64,000 nt of DNA from Octopus vulgaris. Taxonomy: Eukaryota. Below are positions 1 through 13,034 of the stretch, in pieces; within the stretch, counting starts at the first letter, position 1; every line of letters begins with the position of its first letter. The DNA is taken from the NCBI GenBank assembly GCA_951406725.2, contig OX597823.1:44578001-44642000 (forward strand), read 5' to 3'. The notes beneath the pieces were generated by a model. The model saw only the letters and a program-made list of their open reading frames with translations, was not told where the DNA came from and made no database searches. A program made the position numbers and the translations under genes.

Positions 1-905
1 TGTATCGAGTATAATTTCAGTGACCATTTCTGTTGTCTAAATTTCGGAGAAGCATTATAGAAGCTCCTCTTTCGGCTTTGCCGTCGTGAAGAGGTAGGCT
101 ACATATATTTAGTGAATTCAAAAATAGTATCCTCCCTACGGATAGTATTGTAAATAGTCTTTGCAACTATATCATGCCTCATGACTAAATAGTATCTCGT
201 AGACATTTGGAGGCAGCTGCTGATGATGTAGGTGATATCTTCCACACTGGTGTAGCAGCGTTGAAGGCCGTGTATCTATTGTAATTGCTGTGACCATTTC
301 TGTGTTCTAAGTTTCGTTTCGGAGAAGCAACACAGAACTCCTGTTTCGTCTTTGCTGTTGTGAAGAGGTAGGCCACATGTATTTACTGAATTCAAAAATA
401 GTGTAGAATAAAGAACAACTTCATTTTCTTCTTCTACTGAATCTACGTTTCTTAGTATAATTACATTTCCAGGAAGCTTAATTAAATTTCATCATTTAGT
501 AAGTCAAACTCGGCTTTTTTGTGCTAGAATTGTTCTTGAAGACATCTATTGTTCATTTTCGTAGTGTGTTGTTCAATCTACAAATACAAATTGAACCGGA
601 TTTACTTTGAAGTTCACAGTTAGAAAAGGCAAAATCACAATGGTGTCTGGGAAAGGTGTGCAAACTTCGCATTGACTCCAAATGGAAAACCTTTCCATGC
701 ATCAAATACCGAAAATCGTTGAGCTCTACGAGTTACTGGGGGAATTTGCCTGAAATTTCAGCATCTTCGCTGAAGACTAATAATTTCCTTCCAAGAAGTT
801 GCTTACTATTCGTTACATGCTGATGCGTGCGATTCAAAGCTTTGAAAAGATGTCGGTGGCACAAAAATAGCTGAGCATCGGGCAGAAGGCGACCAGTTGC
901 GTCAT
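1..905 (-). mobile_element. Helitron PIF1-type helicase remnant (frameshifted; FLNS..LP.H/MLLRNL block present twice)
   Basis: Minus-strand translation gives TGRLL...CHRHLFKALNRT..VTNSKQLLGRKLLVFS, FRQI, RTILA, FLNSVNTCGLPLH and IMLLRNLDNRNGH, matching PIF1/Helitron helicase motifs in order. 1-128 and 271-402 are diverged direct copies. Confidence 0.8.
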
Positions 906-1459
906 GAAGAGATTTGCAGACGATCGACAATGTAACCTGAAAAAGTCGTTAACATTCTTGCCGTGTTACGAATCTCACTGAAAATGATCAAGAATGACAA
1001 ACGTGCATGAATGGGATAGCAACGATTCAGCCTGATGTCTATTACCCCATTCATGCCCATTTGTCATTCTTGACTGAGAATATCGTAACAAAGCACTCAG
1101 CAACCCATATAAACAGCGTTCAAAACTCATTGAGATACAGATGGATAGATAATATCTATATATTCATATATAGATATTATATATATGAGTCAAGACATTG
1201 CAAGAAAGTTAAAAAACTTTTACCGGTTACATTGTCGATCGTCTGCAAATCATCAAAACTTGCATCTCTGACTATGTCAAACAGAAGTGTTCAATTCACG
1301 ATAGATGGACAGTGTATATTTTATCAATAGTCTCTGGGATTTCTTCTGGGATTCCTTCTTCGCCAAGTATAAGAATCAACATAGGATATATATTCGGCAT
1401 TTTAATCAAAATAAGCTACAAGTTTAGTTGATTGAGCTTAATTGATTAATGAAAACATT

Positions 1460-1798
1460 CTTTTATTCTTTTATTCTTTTACTTGTTTCAGTCATTTGAC
1501 TGCGGCCATGCTGGAGCACCACCTTTAGTCGAACAAATCGACCCCAGGACTTATTCTTTGTAAGCCTAGTACTTATTCTATCGTTATTTTTTGCCGAACC
1601 ACTAAGTCACGGTGACGCAAACATACCAACATCGGTTGTCAAGCCATATATATATATATATACGACGGGCTTCTTTCAGTTTCCGTCTACCAAATCCGCT
1701 TACAAGGCTTTGGTCGGTCCGAGGCTATAGTAGAAGATACTTACCCAAGGGGCCACGCAGTGGGAAGCAGCTTACCACACAACCACTCCTGCGCCTAT
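1460..1798 (-). mobile_element. tRNA-derived SINE, family A (head and tail separated by a microsatellite)
   Basis: Same head and tail sequences recur at 5477, 26892, 29760, 36352 and 50054. The head has A-box-like TGGTTGTGTGGT; the B-box region is deleted in this copy. Confidence 0.75.
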
Positions 1799-2017
1799 AT
1801 TACATCATTATAAAAGAAACCGTTTTCGTCAGATGAATTCATGAACTTCAAAATGATTTAACATTGTTTAAAATCCACGGAGCAAAAGATTTTCAGTGAT
1901 TCTGCAACTATTTCAGTGGATTTTAAAACTATGTTAAATCATTTTGAAAGTACTTAATTTCGATTTCGAAGTTCATGAAACAACCGTATTGGATTGACAC
2001 CTGTACCTCTACTGTTC

Positions 2018-2065
<48 letters not shown>

Positions 2066-2127
2066 GAAATGAAGAAAATGCTGACAAAATAATTTAAGTA
2101 ATTTAAGTAATTTAATTAGGTGAAAGT

Positions 2128-2167
2128 TCTTTTTACCGGTTGCGCATTTGTTATGCTTATCAAAAGA
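2128..2167 (-). ncRNA. Degenerate type I hammerhead-like motif
   Basis: Minus strand reads ctt TTGATAA gcat-aacaa-atgc GCAA ccgg TA aaaag. U3-A8 core, GAAA changed to GCAA, weak stem I. The island is flanked by (TA)n. Confidence 0.4.
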
Positions 2168-2210
2168 TAGATAGAGTTCCTTTCTGATAGATTTTTTCCT
2201 CTTATCTATA

Positions 2211-2264
<54 letters not shown>

Positions 2265-3109
2265 TATATAGATATTATCTATCCATCTGTACCCCAATGA
2301 GTTTTGAACGCTGCTTATATGGGTTGCTGAGTGCTTTGTTACGATATTCTCAGTCCTTGACTCAATTGTGTAGTTTTACTGCTTATATATGTATACATAC
2401 ATACATACATACATACATACATACATACATGCATAAACACATAATATATACGTGTGAGTGTGCGTGTATGTATGTGTGTGCGTATATGTGTGTGTTTGTG
2501 TGTGTGTACATATGTGTGTACGTGTGTGTGTGTGTGCGAGTGTGTGTGTGGATGCGTGTGTACTTGTGTTTATGAGTGCGTGTGTTTTGATGTGCGATTT
2601 GGCGTCTTTTTTCCAAATCCGAATGGCTGCAGCTTGTATAATCCGAAAATTCTTATGGTTTCTAACATTCCTTTAAAACGTGTGTGGCCATCAGAGAGAC
2701 ACGCTAAGATTAGTGTTTGTAATATTACCAGACTGTTATTGTGACTGCCATCAGATGATGGTGATATTATTGTTATTGTTGCTAATGCTGTTGATTTCAT
2801 AATATATGCCACTTGTTGACGACGACGGTGATGGATGTCGTGTCTCACATAAAAAAGGTCAAGCTATTGTTAATTGCCGTGGCATTTTCTTACTAACTTC
2901 CAGTTGTTTTCGAGTTTGTTTCGAGCAAATGCGCGTGCGCGTATTTTCATTTTTCGGTTTTGACAGAAATTAAAAATTTTGCCTAACGGCTTATTCAACC
3001 ACGTTCAAACAGCCATTGTATGAAACCTGGTGTTCCACTCAACGCAAACTTTAAATTTGATTTACTCTACTCTCGGAACTGAGCCACCCCATCCGTAAAT
3101 ACGGCAAAA

Positions 3110-3143
<34 letters not shown>

Positions 3144-3766
3144 GGTGGCGGCAGCAGCAGAAACAGCAGCTTTTAAATAATAACGTCAATTTAACTCTCT
3201 TTGCCACACACGCGCACACTCGCGCACACACACACAAGCACACAAATACACACACACATACGCACACACAAACACACACATACATACATTCTCCCCCTAC
3301 CTACATGAAGCTATGTAATTACAATTACACTGACATTCTATTCCCACAGTGGGTTAGATGGGTCGATATTTGATTATGAAAATTGTTTCTTTGTTGATGC
3401 GTTGTTGTTGCAATGTGCAATCGGCAAGCTGTAATAAAAAGAAGATCGTACAATTAAGTTGTTTCTTACTGGCACATGCATCTATATGTTTACTTGGAAC
3501 TATTTGTCTGTATTCTAGTATTTTAATTTGTGATCTATGCAGTGTTATCTGTTATTTTAAGAACATCCTGGTTTGTCCTATGTATTTCTTTCCATAACCT
3601 GAGCACGTAATTGTGTAGATTAGGCTTTCCTTATCTATACGATTTAAACAAGATTCTTTTGTTGAAAATAAATCTCTCGCTCCTTCTGACAGATTTAAAT
3701 ACATACCACGGTTGGATCTTTCCAACTTGTTACGATTGGCCTGTTATTACTGAGTCTGGCCTATAA

Positions 3767-4210
3767 ACGACGGATACAGCTTCAGCCGGTGATACAAGAA
3801 GTTTCAGAGGCGGTTTCGGAGGTAGAGAGCGTGGTCGCAGACATGATCGTGTACACGGAAGAGGTTGTACAGCAAAAAGTAAAGATGTTGACAAAAAAAA
3901 AAATGAAGTCACGTTATTAAATTAGGTCGTTTGGTTACTGATGGCAAAGATCAAAGCTCTTGAAGAGATTTACTTTTTCTCACATTCGACCATGGAGGAA
4001 GAAATCATTGATTTATATCTTGGGCTCAACTCTCAAAGATAAAATCTTGATGACTATGCCTATACAGAAACAAACTCGGTCTGGTCAAAGAACACGATTC
4101 AAGGCATTTGTTGCTGTCGGTGACTATGTCGGGCATGTTGATATAGGAGTGAAATACTCCAAAGAAGTTATAATTGCTATCAGAGATGTTATACTTTTGG
4201 CTTAGCTCTC
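3767..4210 (+). pseudogene. RPS2: 40S ribosomal protein S2 (uS5) processed pseudogene, 3'-truncated
   Basis: Frames give [28 protein letters not shown] and [57 protein letters not shown]. Start codon is ACG; frameshifts and a stop are present; no introns. Confidence 0.92.
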
Positions 4211-4328
4211 TAGATTTTCAGTAAGGTGAGGGCATTAGGCTAATAAAATTAGAAAACCTCAGACTGTTCTTTGTATGGTACTTGGTCAGTGCGTTTGTAT
4301 GCGTGTGTGTTCTTGTTTGTTTGTGTGT

Positions 4329-4369
<41 letters not shown>

Positions 4370-4503
4370 AGAAGCTATTACACAGCAGAAAGTGAGTGAG
4401 TGATAGAAGAAATAAAATGTTAATGGAGTGAAGGCTAAAGTGTTTATTACAATGGCCGGAGTAGCAAACCACACTTACACAACGCACAGGGGGAGAGTGA
4501 GAC

Positions 4504-4538
<35 letters not shown>

Positions 4539-5476
4539 GGGGAGCGGGAGAGAGTATGGGTAAGAATGGGAGGTAAACTAAGAAGTGCTGCAATGGTCGC
4601 ATCGGCAGACTAATAAACGAAAAAGAAACAGACATAGTGACAATCAACAAGAAATTGCATTTCAAAACAACCAACCGGATATAAAAGTCATTAGGTGTTT
4701 TGAAGACTTCAGCGAACGTAACCGACAGACATCATGCTCTGAAATTACAGATTAATGATACGAAGGTCATAGGAAACTCATGAAACAAGTATCTTTACAA
4801 ATGATGTTGTAATTAACAAATTATCGGATTAAATGTTTTTATACTAAACATGATGGCTGCGAAATATATTCCATCTAATAGGAATATATTCGGATTGCTC
4901 TATCTTCAAATTCGAAAATAGGCCTTTTAACACCATAAAAACTTGAAGCACAAGTGATAATTAACTTCGAGTACTTTGTATCAACCCCTCCCCCCCCCCA
5001 CACACACACATGCACACATACACGAAACTATCGGCGCTTGATTTACTCATTAGTCATCATTTTTTTCATATAACAGGAGAGGCAAACTTTAACTAGCATA
5101 TGGAGATAGCGAATGCTTGCTGCTAATGACTCGTAAATACGCAGAAATCGCGTGATCTAGCACTTCCCTCGTCACTGCTGGACACATATTTTTAGCACAG
5201 TGTTATGACATTCTTACAGTATATCTAAGTAGGATCCCCAACCACATTGTCTTGGGTTTACTTCCATTGCGTGCTACGTGCGCGCGCGCACACACACACA
5301 CACACGCAAACATGCACACACGTATAAAATTACTCAAATTATGTATAATCAAAGATCAAAAGTGTGAGTTGGTGTGTGTATGTATGTGTATTATATAAGG
5401 ACATATATAAGACCCTACGTACTTCCAACTCGTATCGAGAATTTTGTCTGTTTCTCTCTCTCTTTCACACATTTAC

Positions 5477-5640
5477 GTCGGGCTTCTTTCAGTTTCCGTC
5501 TCCCAAATTCACTCACAAGGCTTTGTCGGCCCGTGACTATAATAGATGACTGTTGTCGAAGGTACCACGCGGAGGGACTGAACCCGTAACCATGTGGCTG
5601 GGAAGCTAAATTCTTACCACACAACCACACTTGCGCCTAT
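5477..5640 (-). mobile_element. SINE family A head
   Basis: Similar to 1663-1797 and to the reverse complement of 29760-29922; tRNA-like A/B boxes. Confidence 0.7.
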
Positions 5641-6509
5641 ACACACACATACGCAGACACACACTCAAATGTATATGTACACACACACATAAACATATAT
5701 GTGCGCGAGTGTGCATGCGTGTATGTGTGTGCATATGAGTGTGTGTGTGTGTGTGTATTTCGTACTCGTATGCGTGCATCGACATGTATATTCGCTGGAG
5801 AATCTTGTGATTCTGTAGATCAACGACCTGGTGTTAATTCTAAACACCAATACAAGTAAGCAGATGACACCGCCCTTCACTCTTAACTTTTCGCACACAG
5901 ACGTCGTATCATATATAACACGGACACCCATCACGAGACAGACACCAATTCTCAAAACAATGGCTTCAACAACATGATGAATTGGGTGCATAATAAACTA
6001 GTCTCATTTAACAACAAAAACGAGACGAAGTAACTATTTATATCAAAGAAACTGTGAGGAATAAATAACACTGAAAAATACTTTAAATCGTTTCAAATTC
6101 TTAACCAGCCAGCCACCCCTATATGGCCTTTCATAGCGATAACACATCTAAATATAACGTTAGTCAAAAGTGCATGTCAACAACTATGCCTCGTCTTCTG
6201 ACGCGGGAAAGGCTTCAATTTTGAACTGTTACTAAACCTTAAGAAATTGCAAAGAGCCCCCACAACAAATATCTGCTAGCATATTAAGCTGGCTAGGAAC
6301 TTGTAGGAACTTGTAGCCTAGCGTGTTAGTGTAATATCTTTCAAGCGACACTCGTCTTTCTTAAAAAAGGAAAAACTCGTTATATAATCTTAGATACAAA
6401 TGGAGGGACGAGACGAGGCGGAATGACCCCAGTTTTTATCATAGGTGTGCTGGATGATGACAAACGGGGCTAAATAGCATAATCTGTTAATATACTTAGT
6501 AGAATTAAC

Positions 6510-6723
6510 GCGACGAGCTGGGAGAATCGTTAGCAGGCCGGGCAAAATGCTTAGCAGCATTTCGTCCGTCTTCATGTTCTGGGTTCAAATTCCACCGAGA
6601 TCGACTTTGACTTACATCCTTTCGGGGTCGATAACATAAGAACCAGTTGAGCACTGAGGTCGAAGTAATCGACTTACTCCTTCCCCCAGAATTGCTGGCA
6701 TTGTGCCAAAATTTGAAATCAAT
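6510..6723 (+). mobile_element. tRNA-derived SINE, family B (Meta-domain-like body)
   Basis: B-box GGGTTCAAATTCC followed by ...CATCCTTTCGGGGTCGATAA; multicopy in this window. Confidence 0.75.
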
Positions 6724-8771
6724 ATATTTTGTAGAATGTAGAAGCGACACACATAGAGATCTTAAGTGGTGACTAATGATGTTAATGCTCTTTTGGCTTG
6801 TGCAATATAATGTGCGGCACATTCTGGGTCAGTCGATGAGTAAGTGTGGTTCTTTTATATATCTATGTTAAACATAGATAAATACCATTGTAGCATAGCA
6901 CAAAATTAGAATAAATATTAGTTGATAATTCAAGAATTACCTCACAAAATCTAGTTTGGCGCAGGCACGCTTCGTAGTTAATAGTTTTGGGTTCGATGCT
7001 GCTGTGCAAGATATTCCACCATAGCTTTTGGTCGTCTAAAGTTTCGTAAGTGAAATATGATAGGAAGAAACTGTTCAGAAATTCGACGGTCTATATCTGT
7101 TCATGGGTTGTAGGACCCAATCCGTCACTCAGTTTAACACCCGAAGACCATGGGTACCATAAGTGTAGTTCACCCTGTTCCAAGCATTCAGACAAGGTCT
7201 TCCGATCCTGTTTGAGGATAGAAACCTCATTATTATAATGCATTTATTCCTGCGACAACCAACCAGATGTAGATCCTTCCTCCCGCCAGCTCATCTGACT
7301 GAACCACAAAAAAGTAAAAAAGATATTGAATATCTGCAAACTTCTAGAATCTCTCCCTCTTTTCACGTGCCATGCATACAAGTGTTGGTGATTATGAACC
7401 CTCATATCTGTAAGAGTCATGAATTTCCTTGGAAAGATACAGCTGTGATTTCCAGTTGCCTTTTGCCAGTTTATTTACAATTTAATTTATTAGTCTTCTG
7501 CTTTCCTGGGTATACCGTCATGGTTTAGGGCCCGTTGAACTCTTACGTAGGAGGATTCGTTCGCCTGATATCAGAGAACGCGCACACTCCAGTGGTATAT
7601 GTGACACACCTTGGAGTCAGTCGTCCTGCGAGTCTCATATACCATATCCAGGGAGCTTTCTTCTTCTCTTTGACCCAGAAATCGAGACCGTAACAAGTAC
7701 TACTGCTCCGAATCAGTTCAGACCTAGCAATTGTCGTCATTAACGAATAACACCATAAAGATAACTCCAAACTCGTTAATTTCCGAGCGAGAACAAAATT
7801 ACAGATGTAGTTTAATCTGTTGACGAAGACAGAATCAATATTACAAATTATAACTCAAATTTCGACATAGCCACATCCTGATAGCAGATACTTGGACAAA
7901 ATTTTATCTTTGTTGCTGATAGATAATTTTTGCTAATGGTTCAAAAAGTTAAAGTTTGGTGACAATAAATGAGAGACAGACACGCAGACAGATAAACAAA
8001 ATAATGTTCTCCTGACTCTCACGTACAACGAAAACCAGTAACACGCACACACACACACACACACACAAACACGCACACACAGACACATATATGTGTGGTA
8101 AAAGAGAGACGAAGATGAAAGATACGAGAAATTTTATTAATCACTACAATTGTTTCGACACATCTAGCATCGATTTCTCACGAGTGGAATATTTAACAAC
8201 TGGTTCAGGAGCATATGACGGTGCAGTTGTGTCTCTTCGGGTGATAAATAAATATAACTCGTTAAAAGAACAGTTCCGCAATGTATCTTCTCGTTTCGTG
8301 TAAAGAAAAGCAGCAATATTAAAGATCGATATTAAAATAACATATACAAAAAAACAAACAAACAAAAGAAACGAACACGCAATACAGCAAAAAAAAAGAC
8401 AGAATAGACAGGGATTTCTCGGAGAAGAATTGGCAACTCCTGGAAATTGTATTATAAATATAATAAATGCTCATGTCTTACTATTTGATCTCCCTTAAGT
8501 CACTACACAAAATCGGTCAATGATGTTGAATGCCTGTCATTGATTTTTTTGAAGCTGGCAACATGGCTGCGACAACGATTCTTGAATGAATCAGCCGTTT
8601 GCCCAATGTAAACATACGACCCTCCTCTTGTGTGCACGGTACACTTATATACAAGATTTGTGCTCATACAGAGGTTCATCAATGGGCATTTTGATTTTTC
8701 TCTTCATGAGCATTTATTATATTTATTTGTATATATGGCAGTTCTGACTATATACAATACACACACACACA

Positions 8772-8827
<56 letters not shown>

Positions 8828-8874
8828 AGCACACACACACATATATATATACACATATATGCATACGTATATAT

Positions 8875-9965
8875 GGTGCTAGGACAATTCGTCCCCAGTT
8901 ATTTCGTCGTCAGTTAATTTGTCCCCGGTCAATTCGTCGTTGATTAATTCATCCCCAGGTCAATTCGTCACTGGCCAATTCTTTCCAAAAGACTCTTAAA
9001 TATAATTTTCAAGCAAATCGAATTAAATTTATTCAATACGTCTACCCATCAACATGACTATCTGCAAGATCATAACTTTACAGAAAGGAAAAATCAGTGG
9101 TCGATCAAAAAAAATTATATATACACTAAAAATATGCAGAGTACAGATGGATTGAAGATATACTGGAGGTGCGAAAATCCTGTGTGCAAGGTGAGACTTC
9201 AAACAGATGAAAATTATAAAGAGCTTAAGAAGATTTGGATCCATAATCACGCTTCAGCTGCTGCAGAGGTAAATTCAAGGATAATTGTTTCAAATATTAG
9301 AGTAAAGTTTATTTCATCTCGTGATTCCCCTCTCTCAATTATCACTAGTGAATATCAGAATTTAAACAACTGAACATTATCGCAAATATCTTCGTTTGCA
9401 CAACTTCAAAGGAATATTTGACGCTGGAGGCAATCTGATTCCAACTATCCTGCCACCCCACTTACAAATGTTGGGTTTTCCATTCCAAATGAATACTCCA
9501 ACCTTGACAATGACGAAATGTTTTTACAGTATGACAGCGGGGCGGAAGATTCAAAACGAATACTAATATTTGCAAGTGATGAAGCACTTCGACCGTTAAA
9601 CCAGCACAAGAACTGGGCGACAGCTGGAACATTTAAGTGCTGTTCTAGTATATTTTTTCAGTTATATATACTTCACATTCAAATTCATAATTTTAATGTC
9701 CCAAGGCACACGTAAGTAGACTTTTTGCCAAAATAAAGGAATTACTGCAGATATGAACCCGCGAATAAAATATGTCATGGAAAAATATGATCCAAGCCCC
9801 AAAATTATTTTTCTAAAACCAATTGCACACAATCTTAAATTTTAAGAAAAAATGAATATGTAATATAGCGACGATTTGACGGACGACGAATTGACGTGGG
9901 GACGAATTGGCCCGCGACGAATTGACACTGGGGACAAATTAGCGACGACAAACTGACTGGACACC
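8875..9965 (+). mobile_element. MULE/Phantom-like DNA transposon, internally deleted, with repeat-built TIRs
   Basis: Ends GGTG...CACC carry inverted arrays of a CAATTCGTCCCC-like motif. FLYWCH-like YWRCENPVCKVRL...HNH (9134-9373), MULE domain FLQYDSG..RILIFAS..WATAGTFK..FFQLYILH (9518-9715) and C-terminal FLKPIAHNLKF* (~9810-9845). Confidence 0.85.
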
Positions 9966-9984
9966 ATATATATATATATTTATA

Positions 9985-10052
<68 letters not shown>

Positions 10053-10363
10053 CGTGCGTGCGGCGTGTGTTTTATGGTATAATAAGAATAAAGAAAAGTT
10101 TATTTTCCTTTAAACAAGAATCGTTTTCACGATGACTTCAAAGTTTTGGTCAGCTAAGCCATCATACAGTACCGTGAAAAAGTCTTTTGCCACTTTAAAC
10201 TATAGTAAATTTCTACTAATTGTCAACTTATAAGTGGATATTTCGCATTGCGTTTTTTACAGATGAAACATTGGCCCTGTTAGAGTCCTTTCCATATCTA
10301 ATCGTTATAGTTTGTAGTAGAGGTTCTGAAAGAGAGGGGAAGATGCGAGACGACCACCAAAAA

Positions 10364-10690
10364 CGGCCGTGCAAAAGTTTTCGGCCACCTTACACAAACC
10401 AATCAAAAATACCTGTAATGAAAATTTCTTACATAATATTCATTTCAAGATTTTTACTGCACATTGTTAATATTTCGTGTGACTTCTCTTAGCTTGAATA
10501 ATTGCTTCAATGCGCCTGGGAAGAGATGCGTACAAATCCTTCACCATCTTCACAGGTATGAGATGCCATTCTCTGTGGCTGAGCTCTCACAACTATTCAA
10601 GATTGCATGGATTCTTCTAACGAACTCTTCTCTTTAGTTCTGTCCACATTTACTCGATGATATTTCAGTCAGGGCTTTGAGCTTGTCCTT
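10364..10690 (-). mobile_element. Tc1-like transposon 3' fragment
   Basis: Minus strand translates AQSPD*NIIE*MWTELKRRVR...WHLIPVKMVKDLYASLPRRIEAIIQAKRSHTKY*. TIR-like CGGCCGTGCAAAAGTTTTCGGCCACC at 10364. Confidence 0.75.
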
Positions 10691-11825
10691 CAGCAACTTT
10701 TGCACCGTACTGTATATTTTACTTGTTTCAGTCATTAGACAGCAGCCATGCTGGGCAGTGCTTTGAGAAATTGTAGTCGAACGAATCGAGCCTAGTATTT
10801 ATTTTCTTTTTAAGCTTGATGTATATATCATGTGTATGTGGGTGTGTGTCTGCATTGGTGTGTGTGGATGGATGGTGTGGTTGTATATATGAATAAGAAA
10901 AACAAAAGAACATAACATAGATACATATATATGTGTGTGTGTATATGTGTGTATGTATGTGTGCGCGGGCATACGTGTATATGTTATATGTGCATACCTG
11001 AATAGAATGTACCTACGTGTTTATGATCATGTTTATATTGAAAGGCATTCTATTCTAACGCCCCCTTTTCTCTGGTGTTTTCCTGAGAAATAGCTATCAA
11101 ATTCCTTGGCACACCTTGGATGTTCGAAATGTATGACACAAGATGCCTATCACGTAGTCACGGTGCCACAGTCGTACTGAGTGTCGTGTTAATTGTACTG
11201 ATGTTCGGATGTAAATCATTGACCTGTTAACTACAAAACACACGTTTCTATCCTAATACTTCGTAGGAGTAGGGGGTGTTGTTGAATGAAAATTAAAATT
11301 ATAACTATAACAGCTTATAATTGTTTTCTATATTATATCGCAACGGGAAGCCGGTATTCGGTTGCTAGAACTGATAGAAATAGTGATTAAATGTCTTTAA
11401 GTAACAGCCAGCCTTCTTCAAACAGAAGTGATATATTGGACAATGCCAGGTTAGCCATAGTCTGAATGACTTTAACCAGAGATCTGTACGATCTTTACTG
11501 GGGCTTAACAAGAACATCAACACATACAACAAATCAACGGGAGAACCTCGATGCGTTTACTCGACCTACTGGATTTAACAAGCAATCTCCTTCAGTGAAT
11601 GAAACATCAATATGAGATGATCATGACTGGAATGCCTTTGGCCACAGATTGGTTCTATCACCGCTGGGATCAAAACAGAATTAGTCAAACAAATAACTCT
11701 GACCTCCAATAGACCAGCGCCAGCTTGATACCACCCTCATACAGAAATGACTGTTAAGATAATTATGATGACTAACAATGACTTAAAGCATGGCAACTGA
11801 ACCGACATTATTTATAGGGTATATA

Positions 11826-12243
11826 AGGCGGCGAGCTGGCAGAGTCGTTAGCACGCCGGACGAAATGCTTAGCGGTATTTCGTCTGCCGCTGCGTTCTGA
11901 GTTCAAATTCCGCCGAGGTCGACTTTGCCTTTCATCCTTTCGGGGTCGATTAAATAAGTACCAGTTACGCACTGGGGTCGATATAATCGACTTAATCCGT
12001 TTGTCTGTCCTTGTTTGTCCTCTCTGTGTTTAGTCCCTTGTGGGTAGTAAAGAAATAAGTATTTCGTCTGCCGTTACGTTCTGAGTTCAAATTCCGCCGA
12101 TGTCAACTTTGCCTTTCATTCTTTCGGGGTCGATAAATAAAGTACCGGTTACGTACTGGGGTCGATGTAATCGACTTAATCCGTTTGTCTGTCCTGTTTG
12201 TCCCCTCTATGTTTAGACCCTTCTGGGCAATAAAGAAATAATC
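11826..12243 (+). mobile_element. SINE family B with tandemly duplicated body and 12-bp TSD
   Basis: A ~187-bp body unit occurs twice; ATTTATAGGGTA at 11810-11821 and 12244-12255. Confidence 0.85.
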
Positions 12244-12975
12244 ATTTATAGGGTAGGCATCGGTCAAAAAATAGATCATTCCCAGTTTTGGAACGTGTGT
12301 GTATTTGTTTATTCGTATCTAAATACGTATGTATATATGCAAAATACAAACGTAAATATATAAGCGTATGTACATATAAATCATTTTAGACGCACAAGCA
12401 TACAATAATAGTGACAGTACATCCTTTAGTACAGATATTTTAAAAATGAATGGTCATTCATATAAGCGACTGTTTCCGGTAAATACATTGATATGTGTAT
12501 GCAATTCACTTCTCCCGCCAAGGTGTGCCAAATATGTAACAGAAACGAGCAACAAAATGTAACAAAAACAAAACAAAACAGAAAAACGTTCTTTATAAAG
12601 AGATATTTATCAACTGATCCCATTTTCTTTTGTTTTATTCCTTTTACACTTCTCTTCCCATTTATATATTTTATTTTGGTTTTTGTTGTTTGTATATGTT
12701 TGTAAATAGACATCTCCATCTTAAAAGTACATATAACCAATATCTCCCGCAGTGTTACTCTTGCTATCTTCGATAGGAAGTTACAGCCTTGTGGTGTTTA
12801 ACTATACATACATACAAACATACATACATACATACATACATACATACATACATACATACATACATACATACATACATACATACATGCATGCATGCATACA
12901 TACATACATACATACATTCATTCATATATATATATATACACACACGCGCGCACACACACGCACACACACACACAA

Positions 12976-13008
<33 letters not shown>

Positions 13009-13034
13009 AATGTATACACATACATACATCCATA

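Noticed and set aside
7090-7800. Possible RTE LINE 5' UTR and endonuclease start on the minus strand
   Set aside because: Only faint resemblance (REGEILEV); too decayed to support.
8880-8980. CRISPR-like short repeat array
   Set aside because: No unique spacers; these are subterminal repeats of a MULE in eukaryotic DNA.
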